In this document: positions 8,958-18,034 of the stretch, in pieces | Layout of the letters: each line of letters opens with the position of its first letter | Position numbering within the stretch: the stretch's first letter is position 1 | Origin: Candidatus Iainarchaeum sp. | GTDB lineage: Archaea > Iainarchaeota > Iainarchaeia > Iainarchaeales > JAZDDZ01 | Reading direction: 5' to 3' | DNA: 54,359 nt | Assembly: GCA_043809245.1 (NCBI GenBank) | Contig: JAZDDZ010000010.1 | Span: 1 to 54,359 of the forward strand | Position numbers and translations under genes: made by a program | The notes under the pieces: generated by a model | The model's database searches: none | Told to the model about the DNA's origin: nothing | The model's input: the letters and a program-made list of their open reading frames with translations, nothing else

Positions 8958-9859
8958 GCATTTTCTTCAGGCTGTTTTTCCGCTGGCTTTTTTTCTTCCC
9001 TTAAATAAAAAACAAGGAACACTGCCGCGGAAATTAAGCCCAAGGCAATTAATACGAAAACGTAAAGCATTGCATTTGAGGCAAAGGCATTGAAAGCCGA
9101 GTCAATGATTGGGTCAAGGGATTTCTCGACGCCGAAGCCATTCGCGGAAGCGGAACCGATTGCCTGCCTTGCAATCGGGCCTGCAAGAGCAGCAACGAGA
9201 AACAAAAACAAAGAACTGGCAATTAATGAAGCGGAATAAAACAACAGCGCGGTCTTGTTTTTGAAAATGAACGCAAGCAAGGCAATTGAAGCAATGGCTG
9301 CAATGGCTGCAAGCCACTTGAACAGACTGGCAAGCGAAAAAGCATTCCTCATTTCCTCAAGAGTTTGCCTAAAAGCATTGGGAAGCCCTTTGCCCAAATC
9401 AATTGTTTCCTCTGAACCAAGCGCCTGGCTTATCTGCTCATCTGAAAAATAAGGGAAGCGCTCCTTTATTGCGCCATTTATTTCCTGCTTTGGCTTCACA
9501 ATTGAAACTGAGAGGGAAAGCGAGGCGCTTTCCCCTTTAATGTAGGAGAAAAAATTCCTCAGCAGTTCAAGCGTTTGCTCTCTTGCCCATTCCTCTGAAA
9601 AAGCACCCATCACAGCGGATTTAAGCTGTGCACCGGCGCCAAAGCTTGTGTCAACCGGCAGGCGCGCCACAGCCATGCCTCCAACAGCACCCGCTATGTC
9701 TAAGTAAACCCCTGCCTTTGCAAGCTGGTTGTCGTAAAAATACGGGTTGAAAGCAAATGATTCAATTGAAGAAAAAGCCGTGAAAAAGCAAACCGAAACA
9801 ACGAGCAGCAATGAAAGTATTGCCGCTGCGGAAACCTTCAAAACCTCTAATTGCTGCAT
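8954..9859 (-). CDS. Hypothetical membrane protein
   Basis: N-terminal TM helix, soluble domain, three C-terminal TM helices. Confidence 0.7.
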   Translation of the reverse strand: MQQLEVLKVSAAAILSLLLVVSVCFFTAFSSIESFAFNPYFYDNQLAKAGVYLDIAGAVGGMAVARLPVDTSFGAGAQLKSAVMGAFSEEWAREQTLELLRNFFSYIKGESASLSLSVSIVKPKQEINGAIKERFPYFSDEQISQALGSEETIDLGKGLPNAFRQTLEEMRNAFSLASLFKWLAAIAAIASIALLAFIFKNKTALLFYSASLIASSLFLFLVAALAGPIARQAIGSASANGFGVEKSLDPIIDSAFNAFASNAMLYVFVLIALGLISAAVFLVFYLREEKKPAEKQPEENA

Positions 9860-9890
9860 GAAAAAATAGTCAAGGACTCTGGGACAAAAC

Positions 9891-10880
9891 TCAGCTGTTC
9901 ATATGCGCGGCTGAGTAGTTGTGTAGTGTGGCGCGGCTGAACGCAGCCGTGATAATGCGTTCAGGCAATCGTTGTCTGATGTTGCCGTGTTTTCGTTTGT
10001 CTTTTGAAAAATTGTACTCACTGCGGATTCTTTTGAAGTAGTCAGCGAGGAATGAGAACGGCGCGGTAATGAGGCTGAGAATGAGTTGTTTCCATTCTCG
10101 GGGGCCTCGAATTGTAGCGTTCTTTTTCGGAATGACTATTACACGGGTTTGCCTGCCAACGCAGTCAATTATTGACTGGCCTGAATAGTATTTGTCCAAC
10201 CGCATGCTGTTGAATTCAAAGCCTGCTTTACGAGCCATTGCAAGAGCCTCGTTGAATAGTTTTTTTTCAGACTTGAAGCCCGCAGCAAAACCAATGTATA
10301 TGTTTGTGTCAATGTCGAGTACTGCGACAGAGTACAGGTATTCTTTTCGCTTGCTTGAATCTTTTTCATCCTTGAGGTCTTGTTCTCTGTCTTTGCGATA
10401 ATGTTTTGAGATGAATAAACTGATGCCTGTTCCGTCAGCACTCGAGTCAACTGTTCTGGGTTCACCTGCGCTTAAAACAAACAGGTTATGCAAAATCATT
10501 GCAACAATAGGGTCAGAGAAAGCCCTCTCAATAGTTTTGTAGCTGAACGCTTCCTCGCCCCTCAACAAAAACATTAACGAAAAGCACTCCATTTCACGGT
10601 TAGTGAACTCAAACAAAATTTGAAACAAATGCAGTTTCGTTAACAGAATCCTGTCTTTGGGTGGCCTGCCTGGCTTTCCGTCAACCACGGTTATTAACGC
10701 TGCAGCCTTGTCAACGTCAGCGTTAATGCGTTCAACAACAGCACGCATTTCAGAACGCAGTTTCTTGTCATACTCGGCTGTTTGCGGCTTAACTTCGACG
10801 GCAAAATGCTTGTTGTAAAATTTTTTAAGCCATTCAATTTCGTTAAGCGTTTTCCTCAACTGCTTATTCGTCAAAACCAT
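9891..10880 (-). CDS. DDE transposase
   Basis: KPGRPP, SYKTIER, ADGTG, LDKYY, YFKRIRSEYNFS.DKR (Y..R...E); probable start at MVLTNK. Confidence 0.85.
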   Translation of the reverse strand: MVLTNKQLRKTLNEIEWLKKFYNKHFAVEVKPQTAEYDKKLRSEMRAVVERINADVDKAAALITVVDGKPGRPPKDRILLTKLHLFQILFEFTNREMECFSLMFLLRGEEAFSYKTIERAFSDPIVAMILHNLFVLSAGEPRTVDSSADGTGISLFISKHYRKDREQDLKDEKDSSKRKEYLYSVAVLDIDTNIYIGFAAGFKSEKKLFNEALAMARKAGFEFNSMRLDKYYSGQSIIDCVGRQTRVIVIPKKNATIRGPREWKQLILSLITAPFSFLADYFKRIRSEYNFSKDKRKHGNIRQRLPERIITAAFSRATLHNYSAAHMNS

Positions 10881-10932
10881 GCACTCCAATAGAACCGAAA
10901 AGTATTTAAGGATATCTATATATATCCTTATC

Positions 10933-11094
10933 ATGCCGAGGAAAGTTGAGGTAGTGGACAAAGAGTTCAGGCTCTCAGACAAAAAAGTCATTGCCGTCCT
11001 AGACCGAAAAGTAACACCCTTTGGCAACTCAGCCAAAGCAGACGTGCCAATAAGATACGTAGGAAAACGCGCTTACGTGGTCATTTTGGGCTAA
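10933..11094 (+). CDS. DUF2080-like transposase-associated small protein
   Basis: KVTPFGNSAKADVP..YVGKRAYVVI; divergent from the transposase and inside the IRs. Confidence 0.8.
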   Translation: MPRKVEVVDKEFRLSDKKVIAVLDRKVTPFGNSAKADVPIRYVGKRAYVVILG

Positions 11095-11177
11095 AAACAC
11101 CCAAAAAACCAAAATCACCTAATTTTGTCCCAAAGTCCTTTCACGGGTGGACGAAATCACATTTTGCAATCAAACCG

Positions 11178-11213
11178 TTTTAATTGTTTTTCCGATTAAA
11201 GCTGATTTCTGTG
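11178..11213 (+). repeat. Diverged copy of the rad50 promoter/start region
   Basis: 30 of 36 nt identical, ungapped, to 18002-18037. Confidence 0.7.
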
Positions 11214-11255
11214 CCAAAGAAAAAATATATATACTCAAAAGACAAAAGTATAGCG

Positions 11256-13454
11256 ATGAAAGGAAAAGTTTTAGCGGCAATTCTGCTGCTTGCCACCGTG
11301 CTGGTATTGCTTTCAGGGTGCCCTGAGAAAAAATCCGAATGCGGCAACGGGATATGCGAAAAAGATGAAACCGAAATCAGTTGCGCAGCAGACTGCTCTT
11401 TTGCAGACATGAATTTAGGAAAGGCATGCATTGCGTCAATGGAATGCGACGACGGAGATGACGCAACAGAGGATTCGTGCGAGGGCAGCCCGAAAAGATG
11501 CGTGAACCGCCTAAAGACTTGCAGCGAATTAGGCAGGGAAATTTGCGGAGCGAATTACACTTGCAGTGGATACTTTGTAAGGGCAGCCGACAGCAACAGG
11601 TGCTGCTCAGAGGAATGCGTTCCCGGCGTAGGCTGCACGAATGATTCCGACTGCGATGACAATAATTCCGCAACAAATGACTCCTGTACTGGCACGCCGA
11701 AAAAATGCACGCACACGGAACTGGCGGGCTGCGTGAACAGAGATGGCGTATGCGGTTTTGGATGCACCTTCTCAAATGACAACGACTGCCAGCTAACGCA
11801 GATGCCCTGCACTGACAGCGACGGGGGAAAAGAGCATTACGTATTCGGCAAGAGTAACGGGAGATACAGCGCCGAATCAGATAATTCACGGGGAACAGAG
11901 GATTATTGCGTGAACAATGTTTTGCACGAATTCTATTGCCGGGACTGCCTCGAAATATCTGATGACAAAACATACTGCCGGGGAGGCTACCTTGCAGAGG
12001 AAATATTCACTTGCCCGAACAGCTGCGATAAAGGGGTCTGCTTTGGACCAGAATTCAACCCGCCCTGCGAAGAAACCGACGGCGGAAAAAATTTTGCAGT
12101 CACTGGAAGCACGACAGGCAAGTTTTCAGATTTTCAGCAGGTGAAAACTTATACTGATGACTGCACCAGCTCGGGTCTCAGGGAATATTTTTGCGATGAA
12201 AACGGGTTCATAAAAGTCCATTTCTTTGATTGCGGTTCAGGAAAATGCTCTGGAGGCATGTGCACCTCAAACCCGGCTGAGAACAGCAATTGCATTGATT
12301 CCGATGGAGGCAAAGACTATTACATCAAAGGAGTTTCATCAGGCACAATGGCTAATGGAAGCGTGTACCAGTCAGGCCAAGCATACGATACATGCATTGA
12401 TCAAAGCAGGTTAAGCGAATGGCACTGCGATGGGGGCTACCTTGCAAAAGAAAATTATGCGTGCCCCTATGGCTGCGTTGACGGCGCATGCGTCCAGAAC
12501 ACGAACAGCACGTGCACTGATTCCGATGGAGGAAAAGATTATTCCACTAAAGGCTATATCAACGGCAAAGCAAGCACCGGCACCCAGGTTACTTCCTATG
12601 ACCAGTGCACAGGGGGCAACCTGCTGGAATGGTTTTGCAATGCAAGCGGGTTTGCAGACCAGCAAATAAATTTATGCCCAAACGATTGTTCTGATGGCGC
12701 GTGTGTGAACTACTCGACAGTGCCCTGCACAGACTCGGATGGCGGAAGGGATTACAATGTATTTGGGAGCAGCAGCGGAAAAATCCGCGGTGACGGCACA
12801 GTTAGCTCGTATGACCAATGCAATGGAAACACGCTGGCTGAATGGTACTGCGATGCGCAGGGGTTTATTGTTCAGGATAATTATAATTGCCCGTTTGGTT
12901 GCAGTAGTGGAACTTGCAAATCAGGCCAGACGAAAACATTTAATCTCGTTGTCACTTCGACTACTAGCAACAACCTTATCGCCATAAGCCTAGAAAACAC
13001 AGGCTATTCCACAGCCTCACAGCTCTGCGCTGGCATAAAGGGTTGCGAATCCGTAGGCAAGTGGGTTGCGGTTAACCAGAACTATACATATTATACTACC
13101 GGCCTGCCCTCAAGCGACTTCCCATTGGTTGTCGGGAACGGTTATATGATTAGCGTAACAGAGCCTTCAACATTCATGCTAAGGGGCACAATTCCTGAAT
13201 CAATTAAATTCAACCTTATTACAACTCCCATAACCAATGTCAATTTGATATCCCTGCCTTATGGAATGCCTGAAATAACTACGGCGTCCGGGCTCGGCAA
13301 TTCAATCACAGGCTGTGACCTTGTAAGCAAGTGGGTTGCAGAAAGCCAGAGCTATTTTAGCCATGTGCCCAACGTGCCTATAAATAATTTTTCAGTTGAG
13401 CCCGGTAATCCCTATTTTGTAGGTGTAACTAACAACTCAACTTGGCCGGCATGA
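11256..13454 (+). CDS. Cys-rich surface lipoprotein with CxDSDGG repeats
   Basis: Lipoprotein-type signal (LLSGC); CGNGICE module; five C.(D/E)(S/T)DGG repeats; two C-terminal NLI.ISL...KWVA repeats. Confidence 0.8.
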   Translation: MKGKVLAAILLLATVLVLLSGCPEKKSECGNGICEKDETEISCAADCSFADMNLGKACIASMECDDGDDATEDSCEGSPKRCVNRLKTCSELGREICGANYTCSGYFVRAADSNRCCSEECVPGVGCTNDSDCDDNNSATNDSCTGTPKKCTHTELAGCVNRDGVCGFGCTFSNDNDCQLTQMPCTDSDGGKEHYVFGKSNGRYSAESDNSRGTEDYCVNNVLHEFYCRDCLEISDDKTYCRGGYLAEEIFTCPNSCDKGVCFGPEFNPPCEETDGGKNFAVTGSTTGKFSDFQQVKTYTDDCTSSGLREYFCDENGFIKVHFFDCGSGKCSGGMCTSNPAENSNCIDSDGGKDYYIKGVSSGTMANGSVYQSGQAYDTCIDQSRLSEWHCDGGYLAKENYACPYGCVDGACVQNTNSTCTDSDGGKDYSTKGYINGKASTGTQVTSYDQCTGGNLLEWFCNASGFADQQINLCPNDCSDGACVNYSTVPCTDSDGGRDYNVFGSSSGKIRGDGTVSSYDQCNGNTLAEWYCDAQGFIVQDNYNCPFGCSSGTCKSGQTKTFNLVVTSTTSNNLIAISLENTGYSTASQLCAGIKGCESVGKWVAVNQNYTYYTTGLPSSDFPLVVGNGYMISVTEPSTFMLRGTIPESIKFNLITTPITNVNLISLPYGMPEITTASGLGNSITGCDLVSKWVAESQSYFSHVPNVPINNFSVEPGNPYFVGVTNNSTWPA

Positions 13455-13609
13455 TCATGCATATAGCAAAATAAGCCCACGCCTATATGCGCAAAGTGTT
13501 ATACTTACTGCCAAGACAAGCATAGGCTATATGGACATGATTCGTCCGTAAAAATTCCGCTGAAATCAGCCAGCAACTAATTTATACCCGAAAGCATTAT
13601 ACTTTAAGC

Positions 13610-14566
13610 ATGGGTGCAGCGGTTTTAGAGGTTTCGGGCGTTGGCAAATCCTTCGGAAAAAAAGAGGTGCTGAAGGGAGTCAGCTTTTCTTTGTGCGAGG
13701 GGGAGATTTTCGGGTTGCTGGGCCCGAATGGCTCGGGAAAGTCCACGCTGACGAAAATAATTTCAGGGATTGTGAAAAAGGACAGTGGAAGCGTTAAATT
13801 TTATGGAAAAGAAATAGGCGGCAATCGCAAGGAAGTATCCAAAATTCTCGGCGTGATTCCGCAGGAGGAAATGTTTTACCGGAAATTCACTGTCCTTGAA
13901 AACATCGAATTTTTTTCATGCATCTATAACATTAATGGAAAGGAAAAAAAGGAAACGATTGCAAATCTTCTCCAATGGTTCAGCCTTGAAAACTTCAAAA
14001 ACACTAAGGCGGAATTCCTTTCAGGCGGATACAGGAGAATGCTTAACGCAGCCTGCTCGCTTGTGCATAACCCTAAAATAATTTTCATGGACGAGCCAAC
14101 AGTTGGCCTTGACCCGAACATGAGGGAGCTTTTCTGGGAAAAAATAAAGAAGCTAAAGCAAATGGGAAAGACTGTCTGCCTTACAACGCATTACATGGAT
14201 GAGGCGCAGGAATTATGCGGAAGGATATCGCTAATAGTAAAAGGCAGAATCATAACCGAAGGAACGCCTGAAGAATTAATCAGGAAGTATGGAGGGGAAA
14301 CAGTGCTTGTATTGTCTTTGGCTGGCGCGCCAAACAAACAGGCACTTGCCTTGATGGAGAAACGCCTGCCAAAAGGGGTTATGCGCCTGGAAAACAACCT
14401 GCTTTTCATCAGGCTATCACAGGAAGACGTGCTGAACAAGATTGCGAAAATCACTGAAATGCTTGCAGATTCAGGCATTGCAGTCGGCAATGCAATCGTG
14501 AAGGAACCGAGGCTTGAGGATGTTTTCATTAAACTGCAGGAGATAAAAGATGAGAAAAGTCATTAG
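13610..14566 (+). CDS. ABC transporter ATP-binding protein (DrrA/ABC-2 type)
   Basis: GPNGSGKS, LSGG, MDEPTVGLDP, LTTHYMDEA. Confidence 0.95.
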   Translation: MGAAVLEVSGVGKSFGKKEVLKGVSFSLCEGEIFGLLGPNGSGKSTLTKIISGIVKKDSGSVKFYGKEIGGNRKEVSKILGVIPQEEMFYRKFTVLENIEFFSCIYNINGKEKKETIANLLQWFSLENFKNTKAEFLSGGYRRMLNAACSLVHNPKIIFMDEPTVGLDPNMRELFWEKIKKLKQMGKTVCLTTHYMDEAQELCGRISLIVKGRIITEGTPEELIRKYGGETVLVLSLAGAPNKQALALMEKRLPKGVMRLENNLLFIRLSQEDVLNKIAKITEMLADSGIAVGNAIVKEPRLEDVFIKLQEIKDEKSH

Positions 14567-16382
14567 CATTGCGTCAAAGGAAATAAGGCTGGTTAAATCC
14601 CAGAGAATGGCAATGGTTTTAATAGTCATCTATCCATTGCTGATTGTTTTCGCAATTGCCGCGGCTTTTTCCGGAAGCCCGGAAATAGGAAATCTTTTTG
14701 GAAAAGCTGGATTGGAACAGGTTGGCGTGGCGCTTTACCTGCCTGACAGCACTGGTTTTTTTGACGCACCATACTTTCTTGAAAAGCTTGGGGAAACGCA
14801 GAACCTAAAAATTTACAAGGCAGACAGCCCTGAGAATGTGAAAAACGCAATTGAAAACAGGGTTGCAAGAGTCGGCCTTGTGGTAATTCCGCCGAAAGAC
14901 GTTAACGACAAGATAAACATAGACCTCTATTATGATAACTCGGCGCTTCTTGCCGCAAGGACTATTTCGGCTTACGCCGGCGGCGCAATAAACAGGATCA
15001 GCGGCGACAAGTCAAAAGAAATACTTGAAAAAATTTGGCTGGACCTTTCAAAAATAAAGGACAACCTTGCAAGCCAGAAGAAAAAAACCGATTCATTCAC
15101 AAAGGGATTGGATGACGCGGAGCAAAGGCTTTACGCATTAAAGGAAAAAATAAACGGCATAGATATTGCAACAATGAAAAGCCAGCTGGAAACATTTGAT
15201 TTTTATTACTCGGATACAAAAACCCAGCTGGCTGATGCGAAAAAAGAAATCATTGACTCACGGCTGAAATTAGACCAATACAAGGCAAAACTAATGAATG
15301 CAAGGGACGAACTGTCAACTTACAGCAGCGAACTCAAGTCAATCAAAAATACAGTGATTCTTGCAAGGCAAGCAAGCCCTGAGCCAATAAAAAGCCAGCT
15401 AATTGATATAGAGAACCGGCTTAATGCGGAGATTGTGAAAATTGATTCAACAATTGCGGACATTGACAGCGCGATATATGACATAGGGCAGGGAAAAATA
15501 AAGCTGAACGAAGCCGAGCAGTCGCTTAGCCTAGCTGATTCAAGGCTTGACGAAAGCAAGGGCGCGGTTGAAGGATTCAAGGAAACAGTCCAATACCTGG
15601 AAGAAACATTGGCTGAGACAAACGCGCTGCTCGATGATGCGCTTGAATACCAGAAGCAGACAAAAAAAGAGCTTATTGCGACAAACGACTTGCTCGACAG
15701 CCTGATTAAAACAATTGACGAATTCCAAAACTACCAGCCAGCATACCTTGTGAAGCCCATTGAAATAAACGAGAAAAAAATGTACGAAGTAAACGATTTG
15801 GCCATACTCTTGCCCCAGGCTATTGCAATTGTTTTGCTTTTGACCTGCCTTCTTATGACCTCAATCTCCGTGCTGCTTGAAAGGGAGCAGGGCGCTTCAT
15901 TCAGGGCAATGCTTTCACCAACCTCAAAGGCAGCGTGGCTTTCCGGAAAAATTCTGGGGCAGCTGGTTTTCGTGGTCGCGGAAGCGCTGCTAATATTTGC
16001 AGTTGGCTTCCTGCTTTTCAGTGTGCCTCTTGCAGGAGGCATTTTGGCGCTGCTTGGGGTGCTTGCGCTTGTATCGGTTGTGTTCATTTCAATGGGAATA
16101 TTTTTGACTAATTTCACTAAAACGCAGTCAACCGCAATCCTCAGTTCTTTGCTGATAATGATTCCAATGCTTTTCCTTGCGGGAATAATTTTTCCCATTG
16201 AATTCATGCCCTCGGGAATTGCAGCCTTCGCCGAGGCGCTTCCCCTGACTGCCGCAGCAAACCTGATAACAACAGTAATAGTGAAAGGCACCCCCCTAAC
16301 AATGGCATGGGAGGGAATCGCGGTGCTGGCGGTTTATGGAATTGTGTTCCTATTGTTTTCCATTTTCAAAAAAGAGGTTTAA
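14550..16382 (+). CDS. ABC-2 type permease with a long extracytoplasmic coiled coil (YhgE/Pip-like architecture)
   Basis: KEIR N-terminus, ERE.G, FLAGIIFPIE.MP, LPLT motifs; heptad-rich central region. Confidence 0.85.
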   Translation: MRKVISIASKEIRLVKSQRMAMVLIVIYPLLIVFAIAAAFSGSPEIGNLFGKAGLEQVGVALYLPDSTGFFDAPYFLEKLGETQNLKIYKADSPENVKNAIENRVARVGLVVIPPKDVNDKINIDLYYDNSALLAARTISAYAGGAINRISGDKSKEILEKIWLDLSKIKDNLASQKKKTDSFTKGLDDAEQRLYALKEKINGIDIATMKSQLETFDFYYSDTKTQLADAKKEIIDSRLKLDQYKAKLMNARDELSTYSSELKSIKNTVILARQASPEPIKSQLIDIENRLNAEIVKIDSTIADIDSAIYDIGQGKIKLNEAEQSLSLADSRLDESKGAVEGFKETVQYLEETLAETNALLDDALEYQKQTKKELIATNDLLDSLIKTIDEFQNYQPAYLVKPIEINEKKMYEVNDLAILLPQAIAIVLLLTCLLMTSISVLLEREQGASFRAMLSPTSKAAWLSGKILGQLVFVVAEALLIFAVGFLLFSVPLAGGILALLGVLALVSVVFISMGIFLTNFTKTQSTAILSSLLIMIPMLFLAGIIFPIEFMPSGIAAFAEALPLTAAANLITTVIVKGTPLTMAWEGIAVLAVYGIVFLLFSIFKKEV

Positions 16383-16428
16383 GCAGGCATCAGCAAAGTA
16401 TTTAAACAAAAAAAGCATAATTGTTGCA

Positions 16429-17958
16429 ATGCGAAAAAAAGAATTTCTTTCGTTTATTATCATCCTTGCATTGCTCTTGCTTTTTGGGTGCGCTGAACAA
16501 AAAAGCGAATGCGGGAACGGAATATGCGAGAAAGACGAGAACTCTGCGGCGTGCTCAGAAGATTGCGCTTTTGTGCTTGCGCCTGAAGGAAAAAGCTGCG
16601 TTGCATCGCTTGAATGCGATGATTCGAATGAAATGACTGAAGACTCTTGTGATGGAACACCAAAGTCATGCGCTAACAGGCTTAAAAGCTGTGCTGCCTT
16701 TGGAGGGGAAATCTGCGGTAACGACTCTTTTTGCGATACGAATTTTATAAATGCAGTTAACAGCAATAGGTGCTGCCCCCAGAAATGCTTAACAGGGCCA
16801 AAATGTCTGAATGTTCTAGAATGCGATGACAAAAACGAATTGACTAAAGAGTCATGTACAGGCATACCAAAACAATGCGTTTATGAGCTTATCACTGAAT
16901 GTATTAACGGCGATGCATTTTGCCCAAGGGGCTGCAGTTCTGAAAAGGACGCTGACTGTACAGAAATGTCTTGGAAATGCATTGATAACGAAGGAGGCAA
17001 CCAACTAACCTGCCGAACCATTAGCTGCCCATTCTTGTTTGTGAAAGGAGTGGTAGATTTCAGGACGGAAACGGGGTGGGATAGTATAGCGGATTCCTGT
17101 TGCGATGAGGCTGACAACAATTGCGGTAAAGCTGAAGGCAGGTATCTGAAAGATTTTTTCTGTGCCGAGGGTTCCGAAGTGGTCGGGGAAATCAAAACTT
17201 ATTGCGAATTTGGTTGCGAAAATGGTGCCTGCAAACAAAGGGGGGATATTGTTTCACTACCAGGCAGCGACTATAACACTGAAACAACAAATGAGCCTCC
17301 GGCAAATCCAACCCAAAAACTTCCTAATCTTGTAATTGATTCAGTTACTTTCAATCCTAACCCTATCACTGAGGGCGCCCCTTACACGGCTACAGTAAAA
17401 GTTTCCAATCCCACGGATATTCCAATAACCGAGCAATTTGGGGTGACAGCGGAAAATTCGCCGCAAAAAAAATCAAAGTACTCCCCTAATGGAATCGGTG
17501 CGAATAGCCAAAAAGAGTTTTTTTTAACAAGCTTGGGGCCATTTTCGGATTCAGGAGAGAAAGCCATTATATTCAAGGTTGACTATGAGTGGCATATAAC
17601 CGAATCCAACGAAAATGACAATGAATTTACGCAATATCTAACCGTTGAGCCGATAACATCCGCGCACGGAAAAACTGAAACATACTATGAAGGCGGGACT
17701 ATTATAGTGGATGGAAGCGGGTCTTATTCTGGGCAAAAAGTGAACATAAAAATAACCTATTGCACCAGCCCCAGAGAGAATGCAGTCAGTTTTTCAATTT
17801 ATGACCAAAAAGGCGATCTTATCAACAATTATGGCGCAGTGAGCGGCGAGTACTTAGACGAGGCATTCAATCATCTTATTCAACCCCACATTTATCTGTC
17901 TTCGGTCAGTCGGGATGAGACAAATTTCTTGTGCAGAATTGATATAACCTGGCCGTAA
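16429..17958 (+). CDS. Cys-rich lipoprotein with a CARDB-like domain; paralog of 11256-13454
   Basis: LLFGC lipobox; KSECGNGICEKDE shared with 11256; PNLVI...ITESNENDN CARDB-like motif. Confidence 0.8.
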   Translation: MRKKEFLSFIIILALLLLFGCAEQKSECGNGICEKDENSAACSEDCAFVLAPEGKSCVASLECDDSNEMTEDSCDGTPKSCANRLKSCAAFGGEICGNDSFCDTNFINAVNSNRCCPQKCLTGPKCLNVLECDDKNELTKESCTGIPKQCVYELITECINGDAFCPRGCSSEKDADCTEMSWKCIDNEGGNQLTCRTISCPFLFVKGVVDFRTETGWDSIADSCCDEADNNCGKAEGRYLKDFFCAEGSEVVGEIKTYCEFGCENGACKQRGDIVSLPGSDYNTETTNEPPANPTQKLPNLVIDSVTFNPNPITEGAPYTATVKVSNPTDIPITEQFGVTAENSPQKKSKYSPNGIGANSQKEFFLTSLGPFSDSGEKAIIFKVDYEWHITESNENDNEFTQYLTVEPITSAHGKTETYYEGGTIIVDGSGSYSGQKVNIKITYCTSPRENAVSFSIYDQKGDLINNYGAVSGEYLDEAFNHLIQPHIYLSSVSRDETNFLCRIDITWP

Positions 17959-18034
17959 AAATTAAGCGCAGTTAGTAGCCTGGATTATGCAGTTGGTTCC
18001 CTTTTAATTGTTTTTCCGCTTAAAGCCTATTTAC

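Larger units (their letters stand above)
9872..11140 (-). mobile_element. IS element, ISNCY / ISA1214-like
   Basis: 18-bp terminal IRs AAGGACT(C/T)TGGGACAAAA with one mismatch; DDE transposase plus a small divergent ORF. Confidence 0.85.

Noticed and set aside
10881-11036. N-terminal extension of the transposase in the ORF track
   Set aside because: Overlaps the divergent DUF2080-like gene and the AT-rich promoter; 10880 is the more plausible start
11808-12760. Regularly spaced repeats as a CRISPR array or DGR
   Set aside because: They are degenerate protein-coding CxDSDGG repeats; no cas or reverse transcriptase genes in the window
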